Assembly: GCA_036004925.1 (NCBI GenBank) | Contig: DASYRC010000063.1 | Location: 29,970-93,969 of the forward strand | Origin: Nitrospiraceae bacterium | GTDB lineage: Bacteria; Nitrospirota; Nitrospiria; Nitrospirales; Nitrospiraceae | Length of the DNA: 64,000 nucleotides | Direction: 5' to 3' | In this document: piece after piece, positions 30,088-38,320 of the stretch | How positions within the stretch are numbered: the first letter of the stretch is position 1 | Layout of the letters: the number at the start of each line of letters is the position of its first letter | Translations under genes and position numbers: made by a program | Notes under the pieces: generated by a model | What the model was told of the DNA's origin: nothing | Seen by the model: only the letters and a program-made list of their open reading frames with translations | The model's database searches: none

Positions 30088-30609
30088 ATGAAACATTTAC
30101 ATTTTCTGATGGTCGGTATTCTTGTCGCTTCCTTCTGGTTCTTGCCGTCCGATGTCTGGAGCATGGGGGCACGCGTTCCAGCGGTCGGGATGCAAGCGGA
30201 AGATTTTCGCCTGACCGATCTGGAGGGCAAGCAACAGAGCCTCAGCCAATATCGCGGCAAGATCGTGCTCGTGAACTTCTGGGCCACCTGGTGCAAGCCC
30301 TGCACGACCGAAATGCCGGCCATGCAAAAGATTTATGACAAGTTGCGTGACAAGGGCTTCGTGGTCCTCGCCGTCAACGAATTGGAGGACGACGCCAAAG
30401 TGCGCGAGCACATCAAGCAGTACGGCCATACATTCCCGGTCCTGATGGATCGCGACAACAAGGTGGCGAATCAGTTCGGGGTGTTCGGATTGCCGGTCAG
30501 CGTGTTTATCGATGAGAAAGGCGTCGTCCAGGAGTACATCAAGGGTGGACTGCTCACCGAGCAGAAAATCGATGAAACCGTCGCGCGGATTCAGAAACAG
30601 GGCCGGTAA
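30088..30609 (+). CDS. TlpA/ResA-like periplasmic thiol:disulfide oxidoreductase
   Basis: 173 aa. N-terminal anchor, then thioredoxin-fold active site NFWATWCKPC. Confidence 0.8.
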   Translation: MKHLHFLMVGILVASFWFLPSDVWSMGARVPAVGMQAEDFRLTDLEGKQQSLSQYRGKIVLVNFWATWCKPCTTEMPAMQKIYDKLRDKGFVVLAVNELEDDAKVREHIKQYGHTFPVLMDRDNKVANQFGVFGLPVSVFIDEKGVVQEYIKGGLLTEQKIDETVARIQKQGR

Positions 30610-30635
30610 AACCAGCGGCTCTTCGATAAAGGCCT

Positions 30636-30935
30636 ATGAACTGTAAGATTCGACAATTTGCAGTCGGAGGGTTAGCGCTCTGGCTTGTGGCGCTCAGCGG
30701 GATTGTGTACCCGCAGCTAACCGCTCACATGGCGCAACATGCGCATCACAATGCGGCGACTCATGCCACCGCACTCTGTTCATGGTTCTGCACCGCGGCA
30801 GACGCCGTCGAAGGCACAGTGGTCGATGTCGCACCCGTCCGATACTCGACTGCTCTTGAACAAGCGTCTCCTGTTACCCAACTCCATTTCTCCTATGGAT
30901 CTCAGCCTCCTTCGCGCGCGCCGCCGCTCCTCTAA
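30636..30935 (+). CDS. Small secreted/anchored protein with His-rich plus CxxxC motif, unknown family (paralog 2)
   Basis: 99 aa: hydrophobic N-terminus, then QLTAHMAQHAHHNAATHATALCSWFCTAA...PPSRAPPLL. Aligns with 28507..28812 over the H/C block and the SRAPP tail. Confidence 0.6.
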   Translation: MNCKIRQFAVGGLALWLVALSGIVYPQLTAHMAQHAHHNAATHATALCSWFCTAADAVEGTVVDVAPVRYSTALEQASPVTQLHFSYGSQPPSRAPPLL

Positions 30936-31320
30936 TCTCCCCATCCCTATATGTGTGGCGTCATGGTCTATTATCCTGGTGCCACCGCAGCTGGCAACCA
31001 AGCGGCAGCGTCACCCACATCGGGCGCTGCTACAGCATCATCGTAATTGCCAGAACGGCTCGACGATCACGGCATACCGGAATAGTAGAGCGCTCGTCGT
31101 ATCTGTTGCCGTCTGAGTCGAAGGGGGCAGAATACCCTGCCCCCTTCATGCATAACAAAGACCATTTCGACATTGAGAGGACCATGGATAAAGAACTCTT
31201 GCGCGTGAGGAAAGCCGCAGACTTCTTGTCGGTGACAGCGCTCGCTGCAGGCTGGAATTGTACGGCGCGAGTGGATTGTGGTAAGCAGAGGCTGGCGACC
31301 ATTCAACAGGAGGGGAGGCT

Positions 31321-31623
31321 ATGAAAACATTCATCAAGCTCGGAGTTCTGATCGGGTTTTTGTGTGCAATCACGACACCGGCCTTTTCGGCCGATGAGAA
31401 CGTCATGATCATGCTCGGCGGCAAGTACTGCGATGCTTATTTGGGTAATGTCCAAGATGCGCTGACGAAAGTGGCTGGCGTGAAGGCGGTCGATTTCAAG
31501 AGTATGAAGGGCCATGCGATTGTGACGATCGAATCCGGCAAGGTGAAGCCAGAGCAACTCGCCACGGCAGTCAACGGCGTGAAAGGCGAGAGCTGGTATT
31601 GCACAGGCGAGGTCATGAAGTAA
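31321..31623 (+). CDS. Periplasmic HMA-fold-like protein with degenerate metal-binding loop
   Basis: 100 aa. Signal peptide ...TTPAFSA. VMIMLGGKYCDAYLGNVQDALTKVAGVKAVDF...AIVTIE...LATAVNGV follows the beta-alpha-beta-beta-alpha-beta heavy-metal-associated pattern, but GMTCxxC is replaced by GGKYCDAY. Preceded by GGAGG. Confidence 0.55.
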   Translation: MKTFIKLGVLIGFLCAITTPAFSADENVMIMLGGKYCDAYLGNVQDALTKVAGVKAVDFKSMKGHAIVTIESGKVKPEQLATAVNGVKGESWYCTGEVMK

Positions 31624-31702
31624 CGGAAAGTGTTTCTGGCAAGATGCTGAAACAGTCCGTCAGTGCCACAGCCTGATAGGGATAACATTGGATTCGCTCA
31701 AC

Positions 31703-31956
31703 CCCGCATTACTCATGAGCGCTTCTGCTGCAATGGCCGATCCGCTGCTGCGACGAGCCTTTGGCCAGCGGGCTCGCCCCTCGGACCCTTACCCGACTGT
31801 TGGGGACTGGCGCCCTTCATTTTGGCGCCTGTCCCCGTCTGATGAGTAGCGGGACAGGCACCGCCGCAGACGTCGGAGCCAGTCCCCTGAGCTCCGCGCG
31901 CCGGTCTCGCGCCGCGGCTCAGCGATTTCGCGACGAACCGTCACGAACAGTGCGGG
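31703..31956 (+). repeat. MITE-like repeat (family 3), copy 1, degenerate termini, with an internal insertion
   Basis: Begins CCCGCATTACTCATGAGCGCTTCTGCTGCAATGGCCGATCCGCTGCTGCGACGAGCC. Ends GCGATTTCGCGACGAACCGTCACGAACAGTGCGGG. Collinear with copy 2 at 32746-32932. Its last 38 nt overlap the 3' end of the tesA-like ORF. Confidence 0.8.
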
Positions 31957-32701
31957 CTAGCAGTGGCTCAAGCGTTGGGAAGATTCTCTCGACAATTAGG
32001 CGGTAGCCTTCTCCGGTCGGATGAATGCCATCTGCCTGGTTGAGTGAGGACGAACCGGCCACGCCATCGAGAAAAAACGGAATCCGCGTGAGATGATATT
32101 GCTTCGCTAAGGCCTGGAAGAGCGCCTCAAACCCCGTGGTATAGTCCTGTCCATAATTCGGGGGGAGTTTCATCCCCGCTAACACGACGGTGACCGAAGC
32201 CTGTTGGAGTTGTTGAATGATCTGTTCCAGGTTGGCTTTCGTCTCGTGCAGGCTGAGGCCGCGGAGCCCATCGTTGGCACCGAGTTCCAGAATAACGATT
32301 GCCGGCATGCTGTTCAGGACCCAGGAGACCCTCCGGATTCCTCCGGCTGTCGTATCACCGCTGACTCCCGCGTTCACGACTCGATAGGTATAGCCTGCTG
32401 CGTCCAGCGTCCTCTGCAGATGCGCGGGATACGATTGATCCGGCGGCACACCTAAGCCGGCCGTCAAGCTGTTGCCGAAGGCGACGATGCGGGGGCGTTC
32501 GGCTGAGACGTGCCCCTTCGGTTGGTCCGGCTCCGTTGTCACATTGGTTCCCAGAGGTGGTCCCGTGCCCTCGCGCGGGGGGCTCGACAATTGTGGTGGA
32601 GAAGCAGGCGCACTCCCCCGGTCATAACCACAGAGGAGGATGAAGGAGAGGCAGAGGCAGAAAAATAGTTTTGTGAGAAGCCATGAGCAGCGCATCGTCA
32701 T
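31919..32701 (-). CDS. tesA: SGNH/GDSL hydrolase, TesA-like (arylesterase / acyl-CoA thioesterase I / lysophospholipase L1)
   Basis: SGNH blocks IVAFGNSLTAG, ELGANDGLRG and DGIHP. Divergent from ybbA-ybbP, as in E. coli tesA. The track start at 32752 lies inside the family-3 repeat terminus. A start at 32701 or 32695 (MTMRCSWLLTKLFFCLCL signal-like) is more plausible. Confidence 0.8.
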   Translation of the reverse strand: MTMRCSWLLTKLFFCLCLSFILLCGYDRGSAPASPPQLSSPPREGTGPPLGTNVTTEPDQPKGHVSAERPRIVAFGNSLTAGLGVPPDQSYPAHLQRTLDAAGYTYRVVNAGVSGDTTAGGIRRVSWVLNSMPAIVILELGANDGLRGLSLHETKANLEQIIQQLQQASVTVVLAGMKLPPNYGQDYTTGFEALFQALAKQYHLTRIPFFLDGVAGSSSLNQADGIHPTGEGYRLIVERIFPTLEPLLARTVRDGSSRNR

Positions 32702-32745
32702 CCAGTATAATATACCCGTCACCTGGACGATACTGTCGGAGCTGG

Positions 32746-32932
32746 CCCGCATTATTCATGAGCGCTTCTGTTACAATCGCGGACTCGCTGCTGCGACGAG
32801 CCTTCGGCGGGCAGGCTCGTCGCTCGCTCCCTCGACGTACTGTTCAAGTACGCCTCGGGGCCTCGCGGCTCCGCATGCCGTCTCGCAATGCGACTGCGCG
32901 ATTTCGCGACGAACCGTCATGAATAATGCGGG
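32746..32932 (+). repeat. MITE-like repeat (family 3), copy 2, with perfect 16-bp terminal inverted repeats
   Basis: CCCGCATTATTCATGA at 32746-32761 and TCATGAATAATGCGGG at 32917-32932. Internal perfect 11-bp hairpin GCGACGAGCCT...AGGCTCGTCGC. Fills the tesA / ybbA divergent intergenic region. Confidence 0.85.
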
Positions 32933-32944
32933 CTAACGGACAAC

Positions 32945-33649
32945 ATGATCACCCTCTCACACCTGACGATGCGCTTGGCCGGCGGAGGCCATCAGGTCAC
33001 GATCCTCGACGATGTCACACTTGAGATTCCTGATAAGCAGCGCGTGGCCATCGTCGGCCCATCCGGAAGCGGGAAGTCCACCTTGCTGGGCCTCATCGCG
33101 GGACTGGATCGCCCGACGTCCGGCTCCATCATGTTGAACGGCGTGGAGATCTCTGCGATGCGGGAGAGTGCCCTGGCGCGGTATCGTCGCGACCACATCG
33201 GCTACATCTTCCAATCCTTCCATCTCATTCCCACCCTCACCGCCCTGGAAAACGTCCTGGTGCCGCTGGAGTTGGCAGGGATGCGTAGGGCACAGGATCG
33301 CGCGACGGATCTGTTGCAGACCGTCGGCCTGGGAGATCGAATGCATCATTATCCCGTCCAACTGTCGGGAGGCGAGCAGCAGCGGGTGGCAGTGGCCAGA
33401 GCGTTCGCCTGTCACCCTCCGATTCTGTTGGCCGACGAGCCAACCGGCAACTTGGATTCGGCCACGGGACAGCACGTCATGCATCTGCTCCATTCGCTCC
33501 ATCGCGATTACGGCACCACTTTGGTCCTCGTCACGCATGAGCGAGCCATCGCCTCCTCGATGGAGCGCGTGATTGCGTTGCGCGATGGCCGCATCGAATC
33601 CGACACCCTCACCGACTCAGACTATCGGGTCGCAGAGTCATCCCCGTGA
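32945..33649 (+). CDS. ybbA: ABC transporter ATP-binding protein (YbbA / LolD-FtsE-like)
   Basis: 234 aa. Walker A GPSGSGKST, signature LSGGEQQRV, Walker B ILLADEPTGNLD. Confidence 0.85.
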   Translation: MITLSHLTMRLAGGGHQVTILDDVTLEIPDKQRVAIVGPSGSGKSTLLGLIAGLDRPTSGSIMLNGVEISAMRESALARYRRDHIGYIFQSFHLIPTLTALENVLVPLELAGMRRAQDRATDLLQTVGLGDRMHHYPVQLSGGEQQRVAVARAFACHPPILLADEPTGNLDSATGQHVMHLLHSLHRDYGTTLVLVTHERAIASSMERVIALRDGRIESDTLTDSDYRVAESSP

Positions 33650-36312
33650 ATCCCTTCATCTTGCGAATGGCCTGGCGTGAAACCCGGGGAGCCTGGCGGC
33701 ACTTTCTCTATTTCTTCGCCTGTATCGCGATCGGCGTCGGGGCTTTGGTCGGGGTGTCGCTGTTCAGCACGAATGTGGAGCGCGCCGTCACGAAAGAAGC
33801 GCGGGGATTGTTAGGCGGCGATCTCGAAATTCGTCTGACTCACCCCCTGAGTCTCGCTGGACAGGCGGTGCTGGACTCGCTGAACGGACGAGACATGGCC
33901 TTCACCCATGTGAGCGAACTCGTAGCCATGGCCGCGCGCGCAAGTTTCGGGTCCGCTGTGACCCAATCGACCCAGATCATCGAACTCAAAGCGGTCGAAT
34001 CGGTGTATCCCCTGTACGGGGCGATTCGACTCGACCCAGCACAATCGCTTGATGCTCTGCTCCACCCGGATGAACACCGCTGTGGCGGGCATTCCTGTTT
34101 TGGGGCGGTGGTGCAGGAGTCGCTGCTGATTCGGATGGGGCTCTCGGTCGGAGATCAATTGAAGATCGGTCAAGCGATGTTTCTGATCACCGGTATCGTG
34201 CGAACCGAGCCGGATCGAATGGCCAATGCCTTCACCTTAGGCCCACGGGTATTGATTGCGCAGGAGGGATTACGGGCGGCGGAGCTGATCAAGCCTGGAA
34301 GCCGGGTGCGAGAACGGTATCTCGTGAAGATGCCACCCGATATGCCGTTGGAACCGCTCCTCTCTGAGTTGCGCGACCGGCTGGCGGCAGATTCCGTGCG
34401 CGTATCCAGCTATCGCACGGCCCAGCCACAGTTGAAGCAGTTTCTCGACCAACTCTCCCGCTATCTCGGGCTGATCGGTCTCACGGCGCTGTTCATCGGT
34501 GGACTGGGGGTCGGGACTTCGATCCACGCGTTCTTGCGTGACAAGTTGCGGACGATCGCGATCTTAAAAGCGGTCGGCGCGGACTCGGCCACGGTCGTCT
34601 CGACGTATGTGGTGCAAGCGATCTTCTTGGGATGTGTGGGCAGCCTCGCTGGCATCTTGTTGGGGATTGCGCTCCAACGAGGACTGCCTCCCCTCATGGC
34701 TGCTTTGTTTGTGTCTGACCTTCTCGAACAATTAGGCGTCTCCTCAGATTTGTCGTGGTCCTCGATCTGGCCCTTGATGAAAGGGGCGACGCTGGGACTG
34801 TTGTCGACGCTGCTGTTTACCCTGTGGCCCCTGTTGAAGATTCGAGACATTCACCCAGGCGCGATCTTCCGGCGCGATGCAGAACAGGCAACGGTCGAGC
34901 AAGAGACTCCTTCATCACGATGGTGGGTAGCATGGGGACTGGCAGATCGATGGAATGTCGGCACGGCCGGAGGGATCATCCTCGGGCTCTGCGCGCTCTC
35001 GGTATGGCAAGCCGGTTCGTGGCCGATCGGCTTCCTGTTTCTCGGTGCCTTGTCTCTCGCCATCATGGTCCTCTTTGTCTGTGCGCGGGTATTCGTGCGA
35101 GGGCTGGCCTGGGTGCCAATGCCTCGCCTCTTGAGCCTTCGCTATGCCCTGGGCAATGTCGTGCGGCCGGGGAGCCAGGCGACCGGGATCATGGTTGCCA
35201 TCGGCATCGGCGTGATGGTGATTGTCACGGTATCGCTCGTGGAACAAGCGTTGCTCAGCCAAGTACAGGAGAATCGGCCGGCGGATTCACCAACCTTTTT
35301 CTTTATCGACATTCAGCCTGATCAAGCACAGGAGTTCGTGTCGTTGGTTGATCGACAGACCGGCCGAGCGCGTCCGGAGCTCACGCCGCTGGTGCGTTCG
35401 CGACTCCGTGCGATCGATGGACATGTCGTCACGCCAGAAGATGAAGTGGAAAAAGACGACAAGCGCACGGAGGGGAAAGAGGCGCGGGGGAAACAGTGGT
35501 ATCTCACCCGGGAGTATGTGCTGACCTTCCTCGACCAGCTACCGAAAGACAATCAGTTGGTCAAAGGGGAATGGTGGAAGCCTGGGCAAGTCTTCTCGAC
35601 CCCACAGGTTTCAGTCGAAGAAGAGGCTGCCACGCATTTAGGTCTCGCGATCGGCTCGATCGTGGAGTTCGATATTCAGGGAGCCACGGTGTCCGCGGAG
35701 GTGATCAATATTCGCAAAGTCGAGTGGGGAAATTTCTCGACGAACTTCTACATGATCTTGTCCCCAGGCGCGATTGCAGGGGCGCCATTTACTTATGTGG
35801 CAACGGTGCGGGTCTCGCCACAGGAAGAGGTGCCGTTGCAGCAGGCGATCGTCGCCTCATTCCCGAATGTCAGCGCAATCCATGTCGGCGACGTGCTCGA
35901 TGGTTTCGCGCGTGTTCTCGACCGTCTCTCGCTGGCGATCCGGGCTGTGGCATTATTTTGTGTTGCTGCCGGTGGGTTGGTCATGGCGGCGGCACTCGCA
36001 GCGACACGCTACCGTCGTCTCTACGAATCGGTCATTCTGAAGGCGCTCGGCGCCACCCGTAGCCTGATTGCACGAGCCTTTGCCATTGAGTATGTCCTGC
36101 TGGGCGCCGTTGCCGGGTTGATCGGACTGACCCTCGGGAGTGTCTTGTCATGGGCCGTGTTGCGTTATGTGTTCGATCTTCCCTGGAGCATACATCCACA
36201 GGTACTTGGTATCGGCCTCCTCCTCACGATGATGCTGACGCTGATCGTGGGTTTTGCGAGCACCTTCCGGATTCTCGGCCAACGGCCGCTGGCCGTGCTT
36301 CGGCACGAATAA
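33646..36312 (+). CDS. ybbP: ABC transporter permease with two FtsX-like domains (YbbP-like)
   Basis: 888 aa. Two FtsX-type 4-TM modules separated by large soluble loops. Overlaps the ybbA stop by 4 nt. The tesA-ybbA-ybbP arrangement is known from E. coli. Confidence 0.8.
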   Translation: MNPFILRMAWRETRGAWRHFLYFFACIAIGVGALVGVSLFSTNVERAVTKEARGLLGGDLEIRLTHPLSLAGQAVLDSLNGRDMAFTHVSELVAMAARASFGSAVTQSTQIIELKAVESVYPLYGAIRLDPAQSLDALLHPDEHRCGGHSCFGAVVQESLLIRMGLSVGDQLKIGQAMFLITGIVRTEPDRMANAFTLGPRVLIAQEGLRAAELIKPGSRVRERYLVKMPPDMPLEPLLSELRDRLAADSVRVSSYRTAQPQLKQFLDQLSRYLGLIGLTALFIGGLGVGTSIHAFLRDKLRTIAILKAVGADSATVVSTYVVQAIFLGCVGSLAGILLGIALQRGLPPLMAALFVSDLLEQLGVSSDLSWSSIWPLMKGATLGLLSTLLFTLWPLLKIRDIHPGAIFRRDAEQATVEQETPSSRWWVAWGLADRWNVGTAGGIILGLCALSVWQAGSWPIGFLFLGALSLAIMVLFVCARVFVRGLAWVPMPRLLSLRYALGNVVRPGSQATGIMVAIGIGVMVIVTVSLVEQALLSQVQENRPADSPTFFFIDIQPDQAQEFVSLVDRQTGRARPELTPLVRSRLRAIDGHVVTPEDEVEKDDKRTEGKEARGKQWYLTREYVLTFLDQLPKDNQLVKGEWWKPGQVFSTPQVSVEEEAATHLGLAIGSIVEFDIQGATVSAEVINIRKVEWGNFSTNFYMILSPGAIAGAPFTYVATVRVSPQEEVPLQQAIVASFPNVSAIHVGDVLDGFARVLDRLSLAIRAVALFCVAAGGLVMAAALAATRYRRLYESVILKALGATRSLIARAFAIEYVLLGAVAGLIGLTLGSVLSWAVLRYVFDLPWSIHPQVLGIGLLLTMMLTLIVGFASTFRILGQRPLAVLRHE

Positions 36313-36595
36313 ACGCTGCAACCAGACAGCATGAATGAGGGGGCGAATGGACGATCAGATTGCGTGATCAGGAAGGCGCAGGCCGAGGATACGGCGGAGG
36401 CGTCGTTCCTCTGATCGGAGGAGACTGGAAAAGCGAAGTCCTATCCCTTCGACACAACGGGAGCGCACAATGGCACCGTCAATCAAGATGGGATCATCGT
36501 ACTAGGCAGCATAAAATTTCAGCATCACATTGCATCCCGTAGGAATGCGCTGGCTCGTGCTACACGGCACCCCCCGAGAGTCTGGCCGCGGCACA

Positions 36596-37795
36596 TCAAT
36601 TGGGAATGAACTTGAACAGGCCGCCTCCTTGGGTCATTACGTAAAGCTCGCCTGCATCATCTTCACCAAAGCTCGTCACAAAACTGCCCGGCGGGCTGAG
36701 TAAAGGCCATTCTGTCTGCTCAGTGGGTTGACCATTCTGAAAGCGGAAACTCCTCACAAATCCCGCGCAAAAATCCGCATAGAAGTAGGTGCCTTGCAGT
36801 GCCGGCATGACGGATCCTCGGTACACATACCCGCCTGTCACTGAACAAGCTCCACTGAGATGGGGGTAATCGAGCACCGGCAAGGTGAGCCCGCCTGAAT
36901 TGCAGTTGTTTAACGGATTGAAACACAGGAATCCCTCCATCAACCGCCAGCCGTAATTGGCCTGACGGCCTGCGTTGGGGGCGACGGCGACATCGATCTC
37001 TTCTCTCGCACTCTGTCCCACATCGCCGATGTAGAGGTCGTCTGTTATGCGGTCAAATGAGAAACGCCACGGATTCCTTAAGCCCAGACTCCAGACTTGC
37101 TGCGCGCCGCCGAGGAGGACGAACGGATTGATGATGACGTTATTGCAGGCCCCTCCTGTGCTAGGATCGAGCCGAAGGAGTTTCCCAAGCAACGAAGATA
37201 GATTCTGCCCGTTGTTATTCGGGTCGCCGCCATCTCCTCCATCGCCGATCCCAGCATATAGACATCCATCTGGGCCGAACGCTAGCATGCCGCCGTTGTG
37301 ATTCGAAAAGTTTGGGTGTGCCACCGTCAGAAGCGGAGTGGCCGAAGAGGAGTCGGCAAGGTTTGGGTCCGTGGCATTTCTAAGGTAGCGAGCGATGACA
37401 ATGTCACCAGCGATGTTCGTGTAAAAGACGTAGAATTGGTGATTGGAATTGTACTGGGGATCGAATGCCATCCCCAGCAGCCCCCGTTCTCCGCCTGTTG
37501 ACAGAAGGCTACTGATGTTGAGGAAAGGGATTGTACGGAGTGACCCACCAACGACATCAAAAATTCTGATCAACCCTCTCTGCTGGACGATGAAAAGGCG
37601 TGCGGTGTCACCGGAAGGCGCGGTCATGAAGACCGGTAAACTGAGACTTGTACTGATCGGTTGAAGCCGCAGATTATTGGATTGTGGTAACGGTGGTAGC
37701 GAACCTTGGGTGGATCCGTTGTCGGAGCACCCAATCAGGTATCCTGTGCTGACAAGGACCAAACCAGCTATCAACAGGCGCTGAATCGGTACCAT
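36596..37795 (-). CDS. PQQ-dependent sugar dehydrogenase (soluble glucose/sorbosone dehydrogenase, YliI-like), lipoprotein
   Basis: 399 aa. Lipobox-like LIGC near the N-terminus. ERGLLGMAFDP and HNGGMLAFGPDGCLY..GDGG are typical of the GSDH beta-propeller family. Confidence 0.75.
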   Translation of the reverse strand: MVPIQRLLIAGLVLVSTGYLIGCSDNGSTQGSLPPLPQSNNLRLQPISTSLSLPVFMTAPSGDTARLFIVQQRGLIRIFDVVGGSLRTIPFLNISSLLSTGGERGLLGMAFDPQYNSNHQFYVFYTNIAGDIVIARYLRNATDPNLADSSSATPLLTVAHPNFSNHNGGMLAFGPDGCLYAGIGDGGDGGDPNNNGQNLSSLLGKLLRLDPSTGGACNNVIINPFVLLGGAQQVWSLGLRNPWRFSFDRITDDLYIGDVGQSAREEIDVAVAPNAGRQANYGWRLMEGFLCFNPLNNCNSGGLTLPVLDYPHLSGACSVTGGYVYRGSVMPALQGTYFYADFCAGFVRSFRFQNGQPTEQTEWPLLSPPGSFVTSFGEDDAGELYVMTQGGGLFKFIPN

Positions 37796-38320
37796 CAGCC
37801 CCCCGCGTCATGCCAGGCTGTGCGCCCTCAGCCTACTATAGAGTGCTGAATCGCCTCAAGTCGTCCATGTGTGCGGGTAGGTCGATGGGAAAATCTAAAA
37901 AATGTATGGCTTGTCCGGGTCATGCCTGTCCTGTTCACCACTCCAGCACAACTCAATACAGCGCCACTGTGCTCCTCTCCGGGTCAGACACGCCAACCAT
38001 GCGGCAGACAGGCGTAGAAAAGGGGTCGATCGTAATCTTAACCACTTTTACGTTGAGTGCTGTGAATATTGGGCCGATATCGTCTATTTCAAAGACGACG
38101 CTGCCTCGGCATTCGTACTGGTGGTGGTGCCATTAGCGAGAGTTGTGGTCGCAAACACGCCACCTAAAATGTCGTATTCGATCCGGGCATCTGGGAAGAC
38201 AATGCCGTTGTGAGACCGAGGCCTTGCTCGTAAGACTTTTACGCGCGGGAGATTTCTCTCACGGGATACATGGTAAGGACAATGCTCGTGATTATGGGCT
38301 CCCTCCTTGCCAATAACGAT

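Noticed and set aside
31184-31324. 46-codon ORF MDKELLRVRKAADFLSVTALAAGWNCTARVDCGKQRLATIQQEGRL upstream of the HMA-like gene. Its start resembles excisionase/MerR-type HTH proteins (LLTVxEAAxxLxVS).
   Set aside because: The similarity fades after about 15 residues. There is no clear RBS, the ORF overlaps the RBS and start of the next gene, and it is below any size where composition could support it.
31839-31846. CTGATGAG inside family-3 repeat copy 1, flanked by the hairpin CTGTCCCCG…CGGGACAG. This is reminiscent of a hammerhead ribozyme core.
   Set aside because: No matching GAAA/CGAAAC core element or appropriately placed helices I and III could be found nearby. The octamer alone is expected by chance.
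36364-36414. Short frame VIRKAQAEDTAEASFL-stop in the ybbP / sugar dehydrogenase gap, resembling the N-terminus of a GNAT acetyltransferase. Protein-like sequence follows after the stop.
   Set aside because: Only about 16 residues of generic similarity, an immediate stop codon and no acetyl-CoA motif downstream. This is insufficient to call even a pseudogene.
37810-38213. + strand ORFs 37810..38136 and 37902..38213 in the sugar dehydrogenase / pepN gap.
   Set aside because: Cys/His/Ser-rich low-complexity translations, mutually overlapping frames, no RBS and no recognisable motifs.
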